DNA of 64,000 nt from Oscillatoria sp. FACHB-1406 (GCF_014698145.1 NZ_JACJSM010000001.1:24633-88632), one strand, 5' to 3'; counted from the stretch's first letter, positions 35,805 to 47,219 are shown. Numbers and translations are program-made. The notes: generated by a model from the letters alone, not told the origin.

Positions 35805-38800
35805 TTACGATTTATTCAAAAGAGGTTGTGTTGCTTCAATTACAGTATCGAAGCGAAAATTTTCGACTAAATCCCTTAAAGCTTCAATGAGAGCGTTTTG
35901 TTCGGGTGGGATGAGATCGAGTGCTTCGCGCAGTTGTCGCTGGCTGCACTGGGCCGCTGCAAAATGAATCTGTTGGAGCCAAGATTCTGGCATTGAAACA
36001 AAATACGTTTGCAGTTGTTGCGCGCTAACCAGATGGGGCGGGCAGTTGGGACGTTTGGTCGCGGGTTCTTCGGCATAGAGATAGTGTGCGTCTAGATAGT
36101 GAGCCATTTTTGCAAATAGCTCCTCCTCGCGGAAAGGCTTGCGTAAAAAGTCATCGCAGCCCGCTGCTAAAATCAATTGACGCTCCTCCTCAAAAGCACT
36201 GGCCGTGAGTGCCAAAATCTTGGTGGGTGCTGCTGTTTCGCCCGTTCGCTCCTCATTGCGAATTTGGCGCGTCGCATCGTAGCCGTTCATCACGGGCATT
36301 CGCACGTCCATCCAAATCAGATGGGGCTGCCAACTGCGCCAAATTGCAAGGGCTTCGCGTCCGTTGGCGGCTTCTTTGACCTCAAAACCGACCGTTTCGA
36401 GTAAGCGCACCAGTAACAAGCGATTATCCTGCTGGTCTTCAACGACTAAAATCCGATAATTAGGCTGCTGCGGTGCGAGGGCAATAATTCTCTGGACGGG
36501 CAGGGGTGGGGCTAAGTCTATTTCCTCAGCGAGTTCGACTGCAATACTAAACGAGAAGCAACTGCCTCGATTGATTTCACTTTCAACCCGAATTTCGCTT
36601 CCCATCAAGCGTGCGAAAGTTTGCGCGATCGATAAACCCAAACCCGTTCCTCTACCGTGTTTCAGACCTGCTTGCGTTTGTCCGAAGGGTTGAAATAATT
36701 TACTTAAATCCTCAGCCTCAATACCGATTCCTGTATCGGCAATCTCAAATGTGAGGATGCAGTTTAAAGCAGCCTCGGACGAGCTAACTTCCAACGTTAC
36801 GCTACCTCTCTCTGTAAACTTAATGCTGTTGCTGAGGAGATTGAGTAAAATTTGACGCAGTTTGCCTTCATCGGCAGCGATATATTGTGGTACGTTGTCC
36901 GATCGCTGAAACTGCAATTGCAAGTTTTTGCCCCGCGCTTTAAAGCTGAGCATTTCTTCAAGATTGTCGAGCAGAAAGAAGAGGTCAAAGTTACTCGGTT
37001 GAAGGGTAAGTTGTCCGGCTTCGATTTTTGACATTTCCAGCACGTCGTTAATGAGGGTGAGGAGGTGCTGACCGCTGCGATTGACGATTTCGAGATCTTG
37101 GCGCTGGCGGGAATCTAAAGCGAGATCGTGTCTGAGTAACTGAGCGAAACCGAGGATGGCGTTTAGGGGGGTGCGCAGTTCGTGGCTCATACGGGCCAGA
37201 AATTCGCTTTTAGCGCGGTTAGCAGCATCAGCGGCTTCTTTCGCCGAGCGCAGTTCTGCCGATTGCTGTTGGGTTCGGGCGAGCAGTTCGGCTTGCTGAA
37301 TGGCAATCCCGAGGTGCGTTCCGATTTGAACGAGCATTTGAATATCGGCTTCTTCCCACTGGCGCAAACTAGAGTATTGGCAGGCAATTAATAGCCCCCA
37401 GTTGTTATTCCCCGCCCAAATCGGAGTGCTGATGTAGGATTGGGGGAAGCTCGAGGATGCGAGTTCGTCGGGGGCAGTGAGGGAGATTGGGCAAGAATTC
37501 AAGTTTGGGGGCCAGAAGTAACCGGAGCGAACGTCTCGAGAGAATTCTTCACGATCTAGACATTCCCAGGAGGGCTTGTTATTGGGGTCGGGTAAGGGAT
37601 GCTCGGTTTCGGGGTTGAGGGATTGGGCGACGGTGGTTCCTTCGGTGGCGGAGTTAAATTGGTAGATGAGGACGCGATCGCATTCAATCCCTTGCCGTAG
37701 TTCTTCGGTGGTGGCGGCGAAGATACTCTGAATATCTAACGATTGTCGCATTCGACTGACGATTTTCGAGATGGCACGCTCCCGGGCGATGCTATCGCGC
37801 AATACTTCTTCGACATGAATGCGCTCGATTTCGGCCCCGGCTCGCGCTGCAAAAATGCGTAAAATCGATTCTTCATCGGGAGCAACAGTTAGGGGTTTTA
37901 CATCCATCACTGCTAAATGACCGAGCGTTTGACCTTCGGAGTCGAGCAATAGTATCCCCCAGTAGCTTTCAACTCCTAATTCTGTTAAAGCGCTATCGTT
38001 GGGAAATAACTCTTGCACGTTGCTGGGGTAGTAGCAAGCGTTTTGGGCATAAACGTTATTGCAGGGAGTATCTGCCAGATTGTACTCGAAGTTGTTGAGG
38101 AAGTCGGTTCCATCCCAAAATGCGAGCGTGCGGACTTGCTGGGAACCGGGCTGGACTAATTCGCTGACGAAGGCATAGCGGACTCGCAAGGCGCGAGCGA
38201 GAAAGTAGGCGCAGGAGCGAAAAAACTCGCGGCCGGTTTCTGAAGCGGTTCCTTCAACGACGAGCTTGAGGGCTTCTTCGAGTTGTTTGCGTTCGGTGAT
38301 ATCGGTATAGGAACCGACCATGCGAATCGAATTCCCGGCTTCGTCCCAAAAGGCTTGGGCGCGATCGAGAATCCAGCGATAGTGACCGTCTTTGCCGCGC
38401 AAGCGATACTCAACGCAGAGATTGGGTGTTAGACCGTCGAGATGGGCTTGACGGGCTTCGACGACGCGAGCGTAGTCTTCGGGATGGACGCTAGCGGTCC
38501 ATAAACCGGCGAAATATTCAAGCTCGTTGGTGCGGTAGCCGAGAATTTGAGCTAGGCGTTCTGAGAGGATGACTTCGTTGGTTTTGAGGTTCCAATCCCA
38601 GATGCCGTCGTTGTTGGCGCGCAGGACGAGTTGCCAGCGCTCTTCACTTTCGCGTAGGGCTTCGGCGATGGACTGGCGATCGCGGATTTCTTGTTGGAGT
38701 TGCTGATTTTGTCGGTTGAGGATTTGACGTTGCTGCTTTTCTTGGGCGAGTAAATTGGCTTGAGCGATGGCAATCCCGACTTGGGCAGCAATTGCTTCTA

Positions 38801-41800
38801 TTAGTTCGATTTCCTCTTGCGTCCAATGTCGATAGCGATCGCACTGATGGACGCAGAGTAGTCCGTTGGCTTCGCCTTGATAGGAGGTACGCACCACGAG
38901 CATCGATTTGAGATTAAATCCCTGACACAGGAGGTGGCAGCCAACGGAGTCTAAAAGCGGTTCGGTATAGACATCATCGGAGGCGATCGCGCGATCGCTT
39001 CCGAGGGCGGTTAAAGCGTGGAGATTGCCTTCTACAGGAATATCCAGTCCCATCATCGATTCGTAATTCCCACTCACGTACTCGGCCATCCAAGGAATCA
39101 TCGGGGTGGGATGGGCAATATAACTATGAATTAAACAACGACTGGTACTAAAAGCTAAGCCAACTTGATGGGCAGTAACTTCAAAAATTTGTTGGGAATT
39201 GAGTTGAGAGCGAATTTCTTCAGTAATTTGTCTCAGCAAGACTGCCCGCTCGTATTGCTGTTTGAGAGCATTCTCAGCCGCAACGCGATCGCTAATATCT
39301 AAGATCAAACCATCCCAAACCGTATCGCCGTTGCTAAGACGTTTCGGGCGAGATTCGCAGCGCAACCACTTCGTCGCGCCCGAAGGCGTTTGAATGCGAT
39401 GTTCCGAACGGAAAGGTTCTAAAGTTTCAGCGGACAGTCGCAGGCTTTCGAGAAAAGCAGGGCGATCTTCGAGATAAATTTGCTCGAATAAGCAATTAAT
39501 ATCCTGCAACGCAACTTCCGGCGAGACTTCATAAATTTCCTGACAGACCGAACTGATATAAGTAATGCGCTGAGTGCCATCCGACCGCATCAAATAACGG
39601 TAAATCGCGCCTGGAACGTTTGCAGCCAAGTGCTGAAATCTCGCTTCGCTCTGTCGCAACGCCTCGAGAGATTCGCTTTGGGCCAGAGCAAGGCTGAGTT
39701 GGTCTGCGAGTTGTTGCAGCAGGTCGATTTCAAAACTCGACCATTGATGAGGGGCGCGGCACTGATGTACGACCAACCGCCCCCAAAAGCTTTGGTTTTG
39801 CCGGATGGGAACGACTAACTTTGCCTTGACTCCCCATTGGTGCAGGCAGTTCCACCAATGGGGAGTCAAGTCGTCTGCCATCCGAGCGATATCGTCGATC
39901 GCGATCGCTGCTTCGCGACTCTCGAACAACGCGGCATTATCGCTCCACGACTCGCAGTCGTAAGGTAAAAACTCAATTTTTCTCGGCAGAGGTGAAAAAG
40001 GAGGTAAAACGATTTCAGTCACTAACCCGCCGCTGCCATCGGCTTCGAGGCGATATATCGCCACCCGATCGGCGGAGATCATTTTCTGCACGGCGCTGAC
40101 AGCAGTTTGGACGATCTCTCCAAACTCTAGCGATTGACGCATTTTCAGCGTCAGTTCGGCAAGCAGTTGCGATCGCTGGCTTTGCCGCAACGCTTCTGCC
40201 TCGGCTTGCTTGCGTTCGGTGATATCCGTTGCCGTTCCGACGATCTCCCGGGGGCTTCGATTCGGGTTCCAAGTTAACACGGCTTCTCGACTGAGGAAGG
40301 TACGCCATTCGCCTCGAGCGTCGCGCAGTCGATACTCTAATTCCAGAACGTCTCCGGCTGAGAGTTCGGCTAAACGCTGGCGGTGTTGCTGGGAAAAGTG
40401 ATGGTAATCATCGGGGTGCATCCAAGTTTCAAAAACAACGGTTTCTAAGTCTTGAATCGATCGCGACTTATCGCCTAAAACTTTGAGCGCTTCGCTGTTG
40501 AGGTACAAACAGCACTGTTGCTGCCAATCGTAGAGGTACAGAAGGTTAGGAGTTGCATCGGCAATCTGTTGGACGAAGTGCTGACTGGCTAAAAGTTGGA
40601 CGGTACGCTCGCGGACTCGCTCTTCCAAAGCCTCATTGACCTGTTTCAACGCGACCTCAGCCTGCTTGCGCTCGGTAATTTCGGTTGCCGTTCCCAACAT
40701 TTGTTGGGGAGTGCCTTCCGATACCCTCATGAAGACAGTTTCCCGCGCGAGAAACCATCGCCATCGATCTTCAGCATCCCGAAGTCGGTACTCGACTTCA
40801 AGAATTTCCCCGTCAGCGGCAAGGCTGCATTTTTGTAAGTGCGTCTGGACGACGGTTAGATCTTCTGGATGCAAGATTGTCAGCCAAAATGCACGATCGG
40901 TCATTTCGCTGCTTTGAGGCGAATAGCCCAGAAATTCGCCAATATCTCGGTTGCAGTAAATTTGAGAGTTTGCTTGCAGGTTGTAGAGGTACAGGAAACT
41001 GGGGATAGCGTTGGCAATTTGTTGCAGTAGGTGCTGACTTTTTTGGAGTTCTAGGGTTCGGTCGCCGACGCGGCGCTCGAGATCGGCGTTGAGTGCGATC
41101 AGTGCTTCTTCAGCGGCGACGCGATCGCTGATATCTTGTCCGACGGCTTGGAATTCGAGAATTTCGCCGTTCTCGTCGAATAGGGCGCAATTCGTCCACC
41201 GCTGCCACCCAAGTTCGCCATTAGCTTGTAAGACAGAATGCTCGTGTACCAGTTCGGGGCGATCGAGCTTTAAGGTTACTAAACTCTCGAGTTGTTTTTC
41301 GACCTGGGATCGGGCGGCTTCGGGAATCATATCGATAAATTTTTTCCCGATTAGTGCCTCAGCAGGTTGCTGGAAATAGCGACAGTAAGCACCGTTTACG
41401 AAGGTGAGGGTACTATCCTTTTTAAAGCGGCAAACCATTTCAGTTTGAGCATCAACGATGTTCCGGTAAAGCATTTCGCTGCGTCGGAGTGCTTCTCGAG
41501 CGGCAACGCGATCGCTGATATCTTCTGCTAGACCGGCAATGCGATAGATTTTACCTTCTGCATCCCTCACGGGAAAGGCACGAGCGCGAAGAGAGCGAAT
41601 TTCGCCATCAGGACGCACAATTCGGTATTCAATATCGTAATGGGTTCGAGATTTTTGGCGGATGGTCTCGAGAACGCGATCGCGATCTTCAGGATGAATC
41701 GCCTCAGTCCAAGTCATCGGTTCGTTCAACAAACTTTCGCACGAGCGCCCCCAAACTCTCTCGTAAGCGGGACTGACGTACAATTTTTGCCTGTTGTCGG

Positions 41801-42416
41801 GATCGTACAACCAGAAAACCTCGTCGATGTTTTCAGCTAACTGCCGGAATTTTTCTTCGCTATCGCGTAAGGAAGCTTCCATTCCTTGGCGATCGACCCG
41901 GAGAATTAAATCTGTCGTGTTTTCAGCAAGCCCGTGAAAGTCTCTTGGCGATCGCGCTTCCGAACTGTTTGCGGCTTCCCCGAGGGTGCGTAAGCGATCT
42001 TTTTGGCGCGCGATCCCGCAGGGATCCCCGTAGCGGCGCGCCACGTGCTGCTCGATTCGCGTCCGGACTTCTGGTAAGTGAAAAGGCTGAGAAAAATAGT
42101 CATCCCCTAACTCAAATGCTCGCGTTTTTGCCTCCCAACTCTCAACTGCACTGGTACACATGAGAGGCAGCGATCGCGTTAGCGCATGGCTTTTAAAAGC
42201 TTGAATCCAGTTTCGAGCGCTTTCCTCTTCGATTCCCTCTAAATCGAGGATGGCTAAATCGGGAGCAAAGCCTGCAATTTTTTCGCTCTCAAACGTTCCA
42301 ATTTTAAGACGTTCGATGCAACATTGCTGTTCTGCCAGGAGTCGGGCGAACTGTTCTAGAGACCGGGAGCCATTATCGATTGCTAAAATTTTAACGCTCG
42401 CCAACCGGACGACCAT
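35805..42416 (-). CDS. Giant multi-sensor hybrid histidine kinase (receiver, many PAS/GAF, HisKA-HATPase, receiver, HPt).
   Basis: 2203 aa. N-terminal receiver, repeated PAS (DITERKQAE) and GAF (VHQC) modules, H-box MSHELRTPLNAILGF, HATPase (DTGIGI), C-terminal receiver (ILVVEDQQDNR .. IWMDVRMPVMNG) and HPt-like tail. Confidence 0.9.
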   Translation of the reverse strand: MVVRLASVKILAIDNGSRSLEQFARLLAEQQCCIERLKIGTFESEKIAGFAPDLAILDLEGIEEESARNWIQAFKSHALTRSLPLMCTSAVESWEAKTRAFELGDDYFSQPFHLPEVRTRIEQHVARRYGDPCGIARQKDRLRTLGEAANSSEARSPRDFHGLAENTTDLILRVDRQGMEASLRDSEEKFRQLAENIDEVFWLYDPDNRQKLYVSPAYERVWGRSCESLLNEPMTWTEAIHPEDRDRVLETIRQKSRTHYDIEYRIVRPDGEIRSLRARAFPVRDAEGKIYRIAGLAEDISDRVAAREALRRSEMLYRNIVDAQTEMVCRFKKDSTLTFVNGAYCRYFQQPAEALIGKKFIDMIPEAARSQVEKQLESLVTLKLDRPELVHEHSVLQANGELGWQRWTNCALFDENGEILEFQAVGQDISDRVAAEEALIALNADLERRVGDRTLELQKSQHLLQQIANAIPSFLYLYNLQANSQIYCNRDIGEFLGYSPQSSEMTDRAFWLTILHPEDLTVVQTHLQKCSLAADGEILEVEYRLRDAEDRWRWFLARETVFMRVSEGTPQQMLGTATEITERKQAEVALKQVNEALEERVRERTVQLLASQHFVQQIADATPNLLYLYDWQQQCCLYLNSEALKVLGDKSRSIQDLETVVFETWMHPDDYHHFSQQHRQRLAELSAGDVLELEYRLRDARGEWRTFLSREAVLTWNPNRSPREIVGTATDITERKQAEAEALRQSQRSQLLAELTLKMRQSLEFGEIVQTAVSAVQKMISADRVAIYRLEADGSGGLVTEIVLPPFSPLPRKIEFLPYDCESWSDNAALFESREAAIAIDDIARMADDLTPHWWNCLHQWGVKAKLVVPIRQNQSFWGRLVVHQCRAPHQWSSFEIDLLQQLADQLSLALAQSESLEALRQSEARFQHLAANVPGAIYRYLMRSDGTQRITYISSVCQEIYEVSPEVALQDINCLFEQIYLEDRPAFLESLRLSAETLEPFRSEHRIQTPSGATKWLRCESRPKRLSNGDTVWDGLILDISDRVAAENALKQQYERAVLLRQITEEIRSQLNSQQIFEVTAHQVGLAFSTSRCLIHSYIAHPTPMIPWMAEYVSGNYESMMGLDIPVEGNLHALTALGSDRAIASDDVYTEPLLDSVGCHLLCQGFNLKSMLVVRTSYQGEANGLLCVHQCDRYRHWTQEEIELIEAIAAQVGIAIAQANLLAQEKQQRQILNRQNQQLQQEIRDRQSIAEALRESEERWQLVLRANNDGIWDWNLKTNEVILSERLAQILGYRTNELEYFAGLWTASVHPEDYARVVEARQAHLDGLTPNLCVEYRLRGKDGHYRWILDRAQAFWDEAGNSIRMVGSYTDITERKQLEEALKLVVEGTASETGREFFRSCAYFLARALRVRYAFVSELVQPGSQQVRTLAFWDGTDFLNNFEYNLADTPCNNVYAQNACYYPSNVQELFPNDSALTELGVESYWGILLLDSEGQTLGHLAVMDVKPLTVAPDEESILRIFAARAGAEIERIHVEEVLRDSIARERAISKIVSRMRQSLDIQSIFAATTEELRQGIECDRVLIYQFNSATEGTTVAQSLNPETEHPLPDPNNKPSWECLDREEFSRDVRSGYFWPPNLNSCPISLTAPDELASSSFPQSYISTPIWAGNNNWGLLIACQYSSLRQWEEADIQMLVQIGTHLGIAIQQAELLARTQQQSAELRSAKEAADAANRAKSEFLARMSHELRTPLNAILGFAQLLRHDLALDSRQRQDLEIVNRSGQHLLTLINDVLEMSKIEAGQLTLQPSNFDLFFLLDNLEEMLSFKARGKNLQLQFQRSDNVPQYIAADEGKLRQILLNLLSNSIKFTERGSVTLEVSSSEAALNCILTFEIADTGIGIEAEDLSKLFQPFGQTQAGLKHGRGTGLGLSIAQTFARLMGSEIRVESEINRGSCFSFSIAVELAEEIDLAPPLPVQRIIALAPQQPNYRILVVEDQQDNRLLLVRLLETVGFEVKEAANGREALAIWRSWQPHLIWMDVRMPVMNGYDATRQIRNEERTGETAAPTKILALTASAFEEERQLILAAGCDDFLRKPFREEELFAKMAHYLDAHYLYAEEPATKRPNCPPHLVSAQQLQTYFVSMPESWLQQIHFAAAQCSQRQLREALDLIPPEQNALIEALRDLVENFRFDTVIEATQPLLNKS

Positions 42417-42558
42417 ATCTTGATTTGAAGCTTGTCAAACTTTAAACCCATGATAGCGCAGCTATCTAAGAAAGGTATTTGAGAGAATAAACTACTCGAA
42501 TTCTTTCCTTCAAACTAAAACTTCGCTAGCTCGCATTCACAGTTCGCCTAAAGCGAAG

Positions 42559-44361
42559 TTACCATTCCGGAGAAACTAACATAAAATCGACAGCTTTATC
42601 GACCTCTAAGGGAGGCGCAAATAAATAACCTTGGGAAAAGTCGCAATCTAGCTCTCGCAGCAATGCCAACTGTTGAGGTGTTTCGATCCCCTCCGCAACC
42701 ACATCCATTTTCATCGTGCGCGCGATACTAATCATAGCGGGAATTAACCCCAAGCTTTTCGAGTTATTATCGAGTCTTTGCACAAAAGACTTATCAATTT
42801 TAAGGGTATCTACGGGGAAAGCGTGAAGATAGCTTAAAGAAGAATAACCCGTCCCAAAATCATCGATACTCAACTGAATTTTTCGAGCGCGCAACTGCTT
42901 GAGAATCGTCGATGCAGTTTGAGGATTTTCCATAATTGCACTCTCCGTAATCTCCAGCTTTAAGTTTTTCGGGCTGAGGTGAGTTTTTTCGAGAATGCTA
43001 TCGATTTTATCAATTAAATTTGGCTGAGCAAATTGACGTGCAGAAAGATTGACGCTAACGGAGATCGAAGCATCGGCAAATCCTCCCTCTTGCCAAGCGC
43101 GTAACTGACGGCAAGATTCTTGTAAAACCCAGTAGCCAATCGGCCCAATTAAACTCGTCTCCTCCGCCACGTGAATGAACTCTACTGGGGAGACAAGACC
43201 TCGAGTCGGATGCTGCCAGCGCACTAAGGCCTCAAATCCAGCGATTTTTCCAGTGGCTAAGGAAACAATGGGTTGGTAACGCACGATGAATTGCTCGAGG
43301 GCGTTTCCTGCAATAGCTGCCCGGAGATCGCGTTCGATCTCGAAAAATTGAATGGCGTTGGCGTGCATTGCTGGCTCGAAAATTTGGTAGCAATCTTTTC
43401 CTTGGGCTTTCGCCTGATACATGGCGGTATCGGCATCGCGCAGCATATGCTCGGGTTGTTCGTAGCCGCGATCGCTCAACACAATTCCGATACTAGCACT
43501 GATAAAAACGTCGAGACCCAGCACTTCAAAAGGCTGGGCGAACGATTGCAAGAGTCTCTCGGCTACAGCAATCGCATCGGTATAACTCTTAATTCCCGAC
43601 AGCAGTATTGCAAATTCGTCGCCGCCTAAACGGGCAATGCTATGCTGGGGTTCTAGGCAAGTTTCTAGGCGGCGAGCCGCATCGCAGAGCAGCTTATCGC
43701 CGACAGGATGACCGAAGGAATTATTGACGATTTTAAAGCGATCGCAGTCGAGAAACAGTACCGCGAAGCTATAACCTGCTTCTGTTTTCGCACGTTCGAG
43801 GGCTGCTTGCAGGTGTTTGAGAAAAAAAATACGATTGGGCAGCCCGGTCAGCGTATCGCGCAGGGCAACTTCCAGCAGGCGCATATGGGCGGCTTCGAGT
43901 TGTTGGGTGCGCTCTTCAACTCGACGTTCGAGGGCATTATTCAGTTTGACGACTTCTTGGAGGGCCGCCCTTAAATTGAGTTGGTTTTGGATGCGCGCTA
44001 GCACTTCCTCAACTTGAAACGGCTTAGTAATATAATCGACTCCGCCTGCGGTGAAGGCTTGGACTTTATCAAAGGAACTACTCAGCGCGCTTAAAAAAAT
44101 GATCGGAACCGAGGCGGTTTCCGCAGCAGTTTTCAAGCGCCGACATACTTCATAACCATCGATCCCCGGCATCATAATATCGAGTAAAATCAGATCGGGA
44201 ACGACAGTGGTTGCCGCTAGCAAGCCCATCTCTCCATTGATGGCAATCCGCACGTCATAGCCTTGTTGGGCTAGCATCGACGATAGGAAACTAAGATTTT
44301 CTTGAGTATCATCGACGACCAAAATATCGGCTTTGTATGGATGACGATTCGTGCTATTCAT
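42559..44361 (-). CDS. Response-regulator receiver + GGDEF + EAL (c-di-GMP cyclase/phosphodiesterase).
   Basis: Receiver ILVVDDTQENL .. LILLDIMMPGIDG; GGDEF RLGGDEFAILL; EAL motif GFEALVRWQHP and downstream EAL catalytic blocks. Confidence 0.9.
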   Translation of the reverse strand: MNSTNRHPYKADILVVDDTQENLSFLSSMLAQQGYDVRIAINGEMGLLAATTVVPDLILLDIMMPGIDGYEVCRRLKTAAETASVPIIFLSALSSSFDKVQAFTAGGVDYITKPFQVEEVLARIQNQLNLRAALQEVVKLNNALERRVEERTQQLEAAHMRLLEVALRDTLTGLPNRIFFLKHLQAALERAKTEAGYSFAVLFLDCDRFKIVNNSFGHPVGDKLLCDAARRLETCLEPQHSIARLGGDEFAILLSGIKSYTDAIAVAERLLQSFAQPFEVLGLDVFISASIGIVLSDRGYEQPEHMLRDADTAMYQAKAQGKDCYQIFEPAMHANAIQFFEIERDLRAAIAGNALEQFIVRYQPIVSLATGKIAGFEALVRWQHPTRGLVSPVEFIHVAEETSLIGPIGYWVLQESCRQLRAWQEGGFADASISVSVNLSARQFAQPNLIDKIDSILEKTHLSPKNLKLEITESAIMENPQTASTILKQLRARKIQLSIDDFGTGYSSLSYLHAFPVDTLKIDKSFVQRLDNNSKSLGLIPAMISIARTMKMDVVAEGIETPQQLALLRELDCDFSQGYLFAPPLEVDKAVDFMLVSPEW

Positions 44362-45017
44362 TACGGGTTTTGCCTCGGTCTAAGCACTCGGCTCTATGCG
44401 TAAATGGTAACGGGAGTTGGGAACGGAGAATGGGGGATTTCCCAATTTGAATCCTCAACAGCCTCAGCCCGCTCTTCTTCGTGTTTATCGAGAAAATCCC
44501 CTTACCTACCAAACTTGGCATAATCGATCCCGATCGCGCAAACAACTTTGGCTCGATTTCCGGCACTTGCGCCTGACTTTAGGGAGGGAGCGAGTAAGAG
44601 CTTCTTGAAGGTACGTTTGTTTAAGATACCCATTCAGGCTCTTTTAAGCGAACGATTGAGGCTTTCAGCCGATCGTAAGGTTAATCTTCCCGGTTCTGTC
44701 GAACTCGCATTTCCGATCTCTCCGCGTTTTGAGTGCGCTAGCGATCTTATCTGACCTATATTATTCGGAATTATGAAAATTTCCTACCTTTGGAGAATTT
44801 AATCGCGGTGTAATGCCATCCTGCTAGAAGGGTAAACGATTTCTGCACAAAGCCTTTAAACTCTGGGATAATGAGGGTTATATCCTATCTACACCTCTTC
44901 GGTTCCGAGCGCCACTCTAAAAAGGGCTTGCGGTTCGATTCGGGGAGTAGCTTGGTCTGGAAAATTTTTGCCCTAGTGCGCTATTGTCTTCAATTCGGCG
45001 GTCGATATTCAAAACTT

Positions 45018-45578
45018 ATGAAGTTCGTGTTGTTATTAGCAGTAACATTTGCAGCATTCTCGGTCGATCTTCAGGTTGCCCCAAAGGTATTAGGGGAAAC
45101 AACTTCGAGCGGCAGCGAGATAACGGCTAGCGCTCTGGAAGCGAACGAAGCCTTCGGTGAAGGTTATGAAGTTGGCTACCGCATGGGTTTAAACAGAGGA
45201 TTCGAGTCGCGATCGGCCAACACCGACTATTTGCCGGAAATTCTCGGCATTGGGGGAGAATTTGGCGATGAAATCGACCGGCGAGCCTCAGCAGGATTTC
45301 AGGCGGGATTTCAGGCGGGATTTCACGAAGGTTATTATGCCCGCGATGCTAATACCTCCCGGGCAGAAATCGAACGTTTTAACGACGGTTACAGTCGGGG
45401 ATACGAGCGGGGGTTTGAGGACGCATTACTCTGCCGCCAAGTGCGCGACTGTGCTTATGCTCCAAAACCAGTTCCAGACCGACTGAATGACGCTCAATAC
45501 CAGAGTGGCTATCAGTTAGGTTATTGGCAAGCTTTTGAGAAAGGGTGGACGAGCGACAGCAATGCAGGTCGCTTTTAA
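45018..45578 (+). CDS. Secreted hypothetical protein with AGFQAGFQAGFHEGY repeats.
   Basis: Signal peptide MKFVLLLAVTFAAFS; repeated G(Y/F)xxGYxxG(F/Y) blocks. Start placed at the internal ATG that begins the signal peptide. Confidence 0.5.
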   Translation: MKFVLLLAVTFAAFSVDLQVAPKVLGETTSSGSEITASALEANEAFGEGYEVGYRMGLNRGFESRSANTDYLPEILGIGGEFGDEIDRRASAGFQAGFQAGFHEGYYARDANTSRAEIERFNDGYSRGYERGFEDALLCRQVRDCAYAPKPVPDRLNDAQYQSGYQLGYWQAFEKGWTSDSNAGRF

Positions 45579-45860
45579 GCCCCGGTTCTCCAATTGCCAA
45601 TTTTCGATGCACCAGGGAAGATTCGACGCTCTGGTGCTATTGTTGATGGGCAACAATTGTGTATAATGACGAGCGAGTTTGCTAACTCGCAACAAGCTTT
45701 TTTTCCATAACCCGAACCTGAATGGAGTCTGCCATCGCCCAGCGTTCGCAGGAACCCTCTTTTAGGAGCAGGACGGAATTGGCAACCCCAATTATTGCGA
45801 AAGTAAAATTCTTATGGCGGTTGGGGAAGTCTCAGAATTCAATAGCGCGATTGAAGAGCG

Positions 45861-47141
45861 ATGAGCCAAGCTGGAATCTTTGATTTACCGAACCGCGAAG
45901 ACTCGACTTCTGCCGAAGTTCCGGCTCTCGAGCCAGAGAGTTCCGAGCTTCCCCAAACTGCCGAAGTTCCGGCGGTCGAGCGCTTCGAGCAGCGTATCGC
46001 GCCGGAGGGTGCGTCGGCCAGCGCGATTCCGGAACGATTTCCTCGCTTGAAAGAAGCGGACTGGTTTTCTTTGGCTCGGAAACTACGCCAGCGCAATCGC
46101 GATTTGTTAAAGAAGGTCGCAGAATTGGAACAGTTAGTGGCAACGGCTCGGGAAGGCTTACAGGTGGAAGTAACGCGATCGCGCAGCGTCGAAACCCTCA
46201 GTCGCCAGCACGCGATCGAATTAGAAGCCGCCCGCACTAAAATTAGCCTCCTTTACGGCGAACTCGAAGCCTCTCAGCACGCCGAGCGAGAACGGACTCG
46301 CAGCGTCGAACAGCTTTCGCAGCAGTTGGAAACAGCCAGCGATCGCATCGCCGCCCTCGAACGAGACTGCGCCCTTCTCCAGCAGCGCTGCAACGAGCAA
46401 TCTTATCGCGTGGAAACCGCAGAACAACGCAGTCGCGAACTTGCTGCTCGCTTGGAATGCCAGCAACACCGCACGTTACAATTTAAAGCGGCTCTGGATA
46501 AGTGTTTGGAGCGGGGTTTGCCGGAATTTCTTTTCGAGTCTGAAAGTCCGAATCCTTCGTCCCCCGAAGCGAGCGAGGAAATAACGGAGGAGTTTACACC
46601 GCTGAAAACTCAGCCGATTCAGCCTTGGTCGGCTCGGGGCGAACAGGTTGTAGAATTCTCTGATAATTTACCCGATTGGGGCGGTTCGGTGCCGAGTGAA
46701 GAACCCCCTTCCGCGCCGTTAACCCTGTTTGAAATGCGATCGCTTGAGGATTCTGAAGAACTCCCCGAAAGCGACGAACCCGACGAAGAAGCGATCGACT
46801 CTAAGGTTGAGGAAGAACCCGTAGTAGGTTCTTGTTTAGCAACTTTTGAGTCGATTGAATGGGAAGTCGAACCGAGCGAGAGCGATGGCTTTGATGCTAT
46901 CTTTGAAACTCTTGAGGAGCGATCGCAACTGCCGGTTGAGTCCGAGGAGTTATCAGAATCAGAAGATCCCTCCGAAATCGATGACGAAGCAGAACGACTT
47001 TCCGCCTTCTCCTTAGAACGGACGTTTGAAGTCATAACCCCAGCACAATCTAACTTTCCCGCTCCTCTAGTCTATCCCCACCGTCGGGAGAGAAAACATC
47101 GATCTTTAGCGACAATTGAATTACCGAATTTTCGCCACTAA
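45861..47141 (+). CDS. Acidic coiled-coil hypothetical protein.
   Basis: Long ORF with a heptad-like charged central region and an E/D-rich C-terminal half; antisense ORFs are shorter. Confidence 0.5.
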   Translation: MSQAGIFDLPNREDSTSAEVPALEPESSELPQTAEVPAVERFEQRIAPEGASASAIPERFPRLKEADWFSLARKLRQRNRDLLKKVAELEQLVATAREGLQVEVTRSRSVETLSRQHAIELEAARTKISLLYGELEASQHAERERTRSVEQLSQQLETASDRIAALERDCALLQQRCNEQSYRVETAEQRSRELAARLECQQHRTLQFKAALDKCLERGLPEFLFESESPNPSSPEASEEITEEFTPLKTQPIQPWSARGEQVVEFSDNLPDWGGSVPSEEPPSAPLTLFEMRSLEDSEELPESDEPDEEAIDSKVEEEPVVGSCLATFESIEWEVEPSESDGFDAIFETLEERSQLPVESEELSESEDPSEIDDEAERLSAFSLERTFEVITPAQSNFPAPLVYPHRRERKHRSLATIELPNFRH

Positions 47142-47219
47142 TGAGCGTCACCCTCCCTATAACTTTGGAATAGAAGCAGGAAGGCTAACCAGAGGTGCTG
47201 CTTTGGGTTAATGGATTGT

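Noticed and set aside
36177-41840. Numerous 60-100-aa ORFs on both strands inside the 2203-aa hybrid kinase gene
   Set aside because: Nested within a long ORF with continuous domain homology; no independent support.
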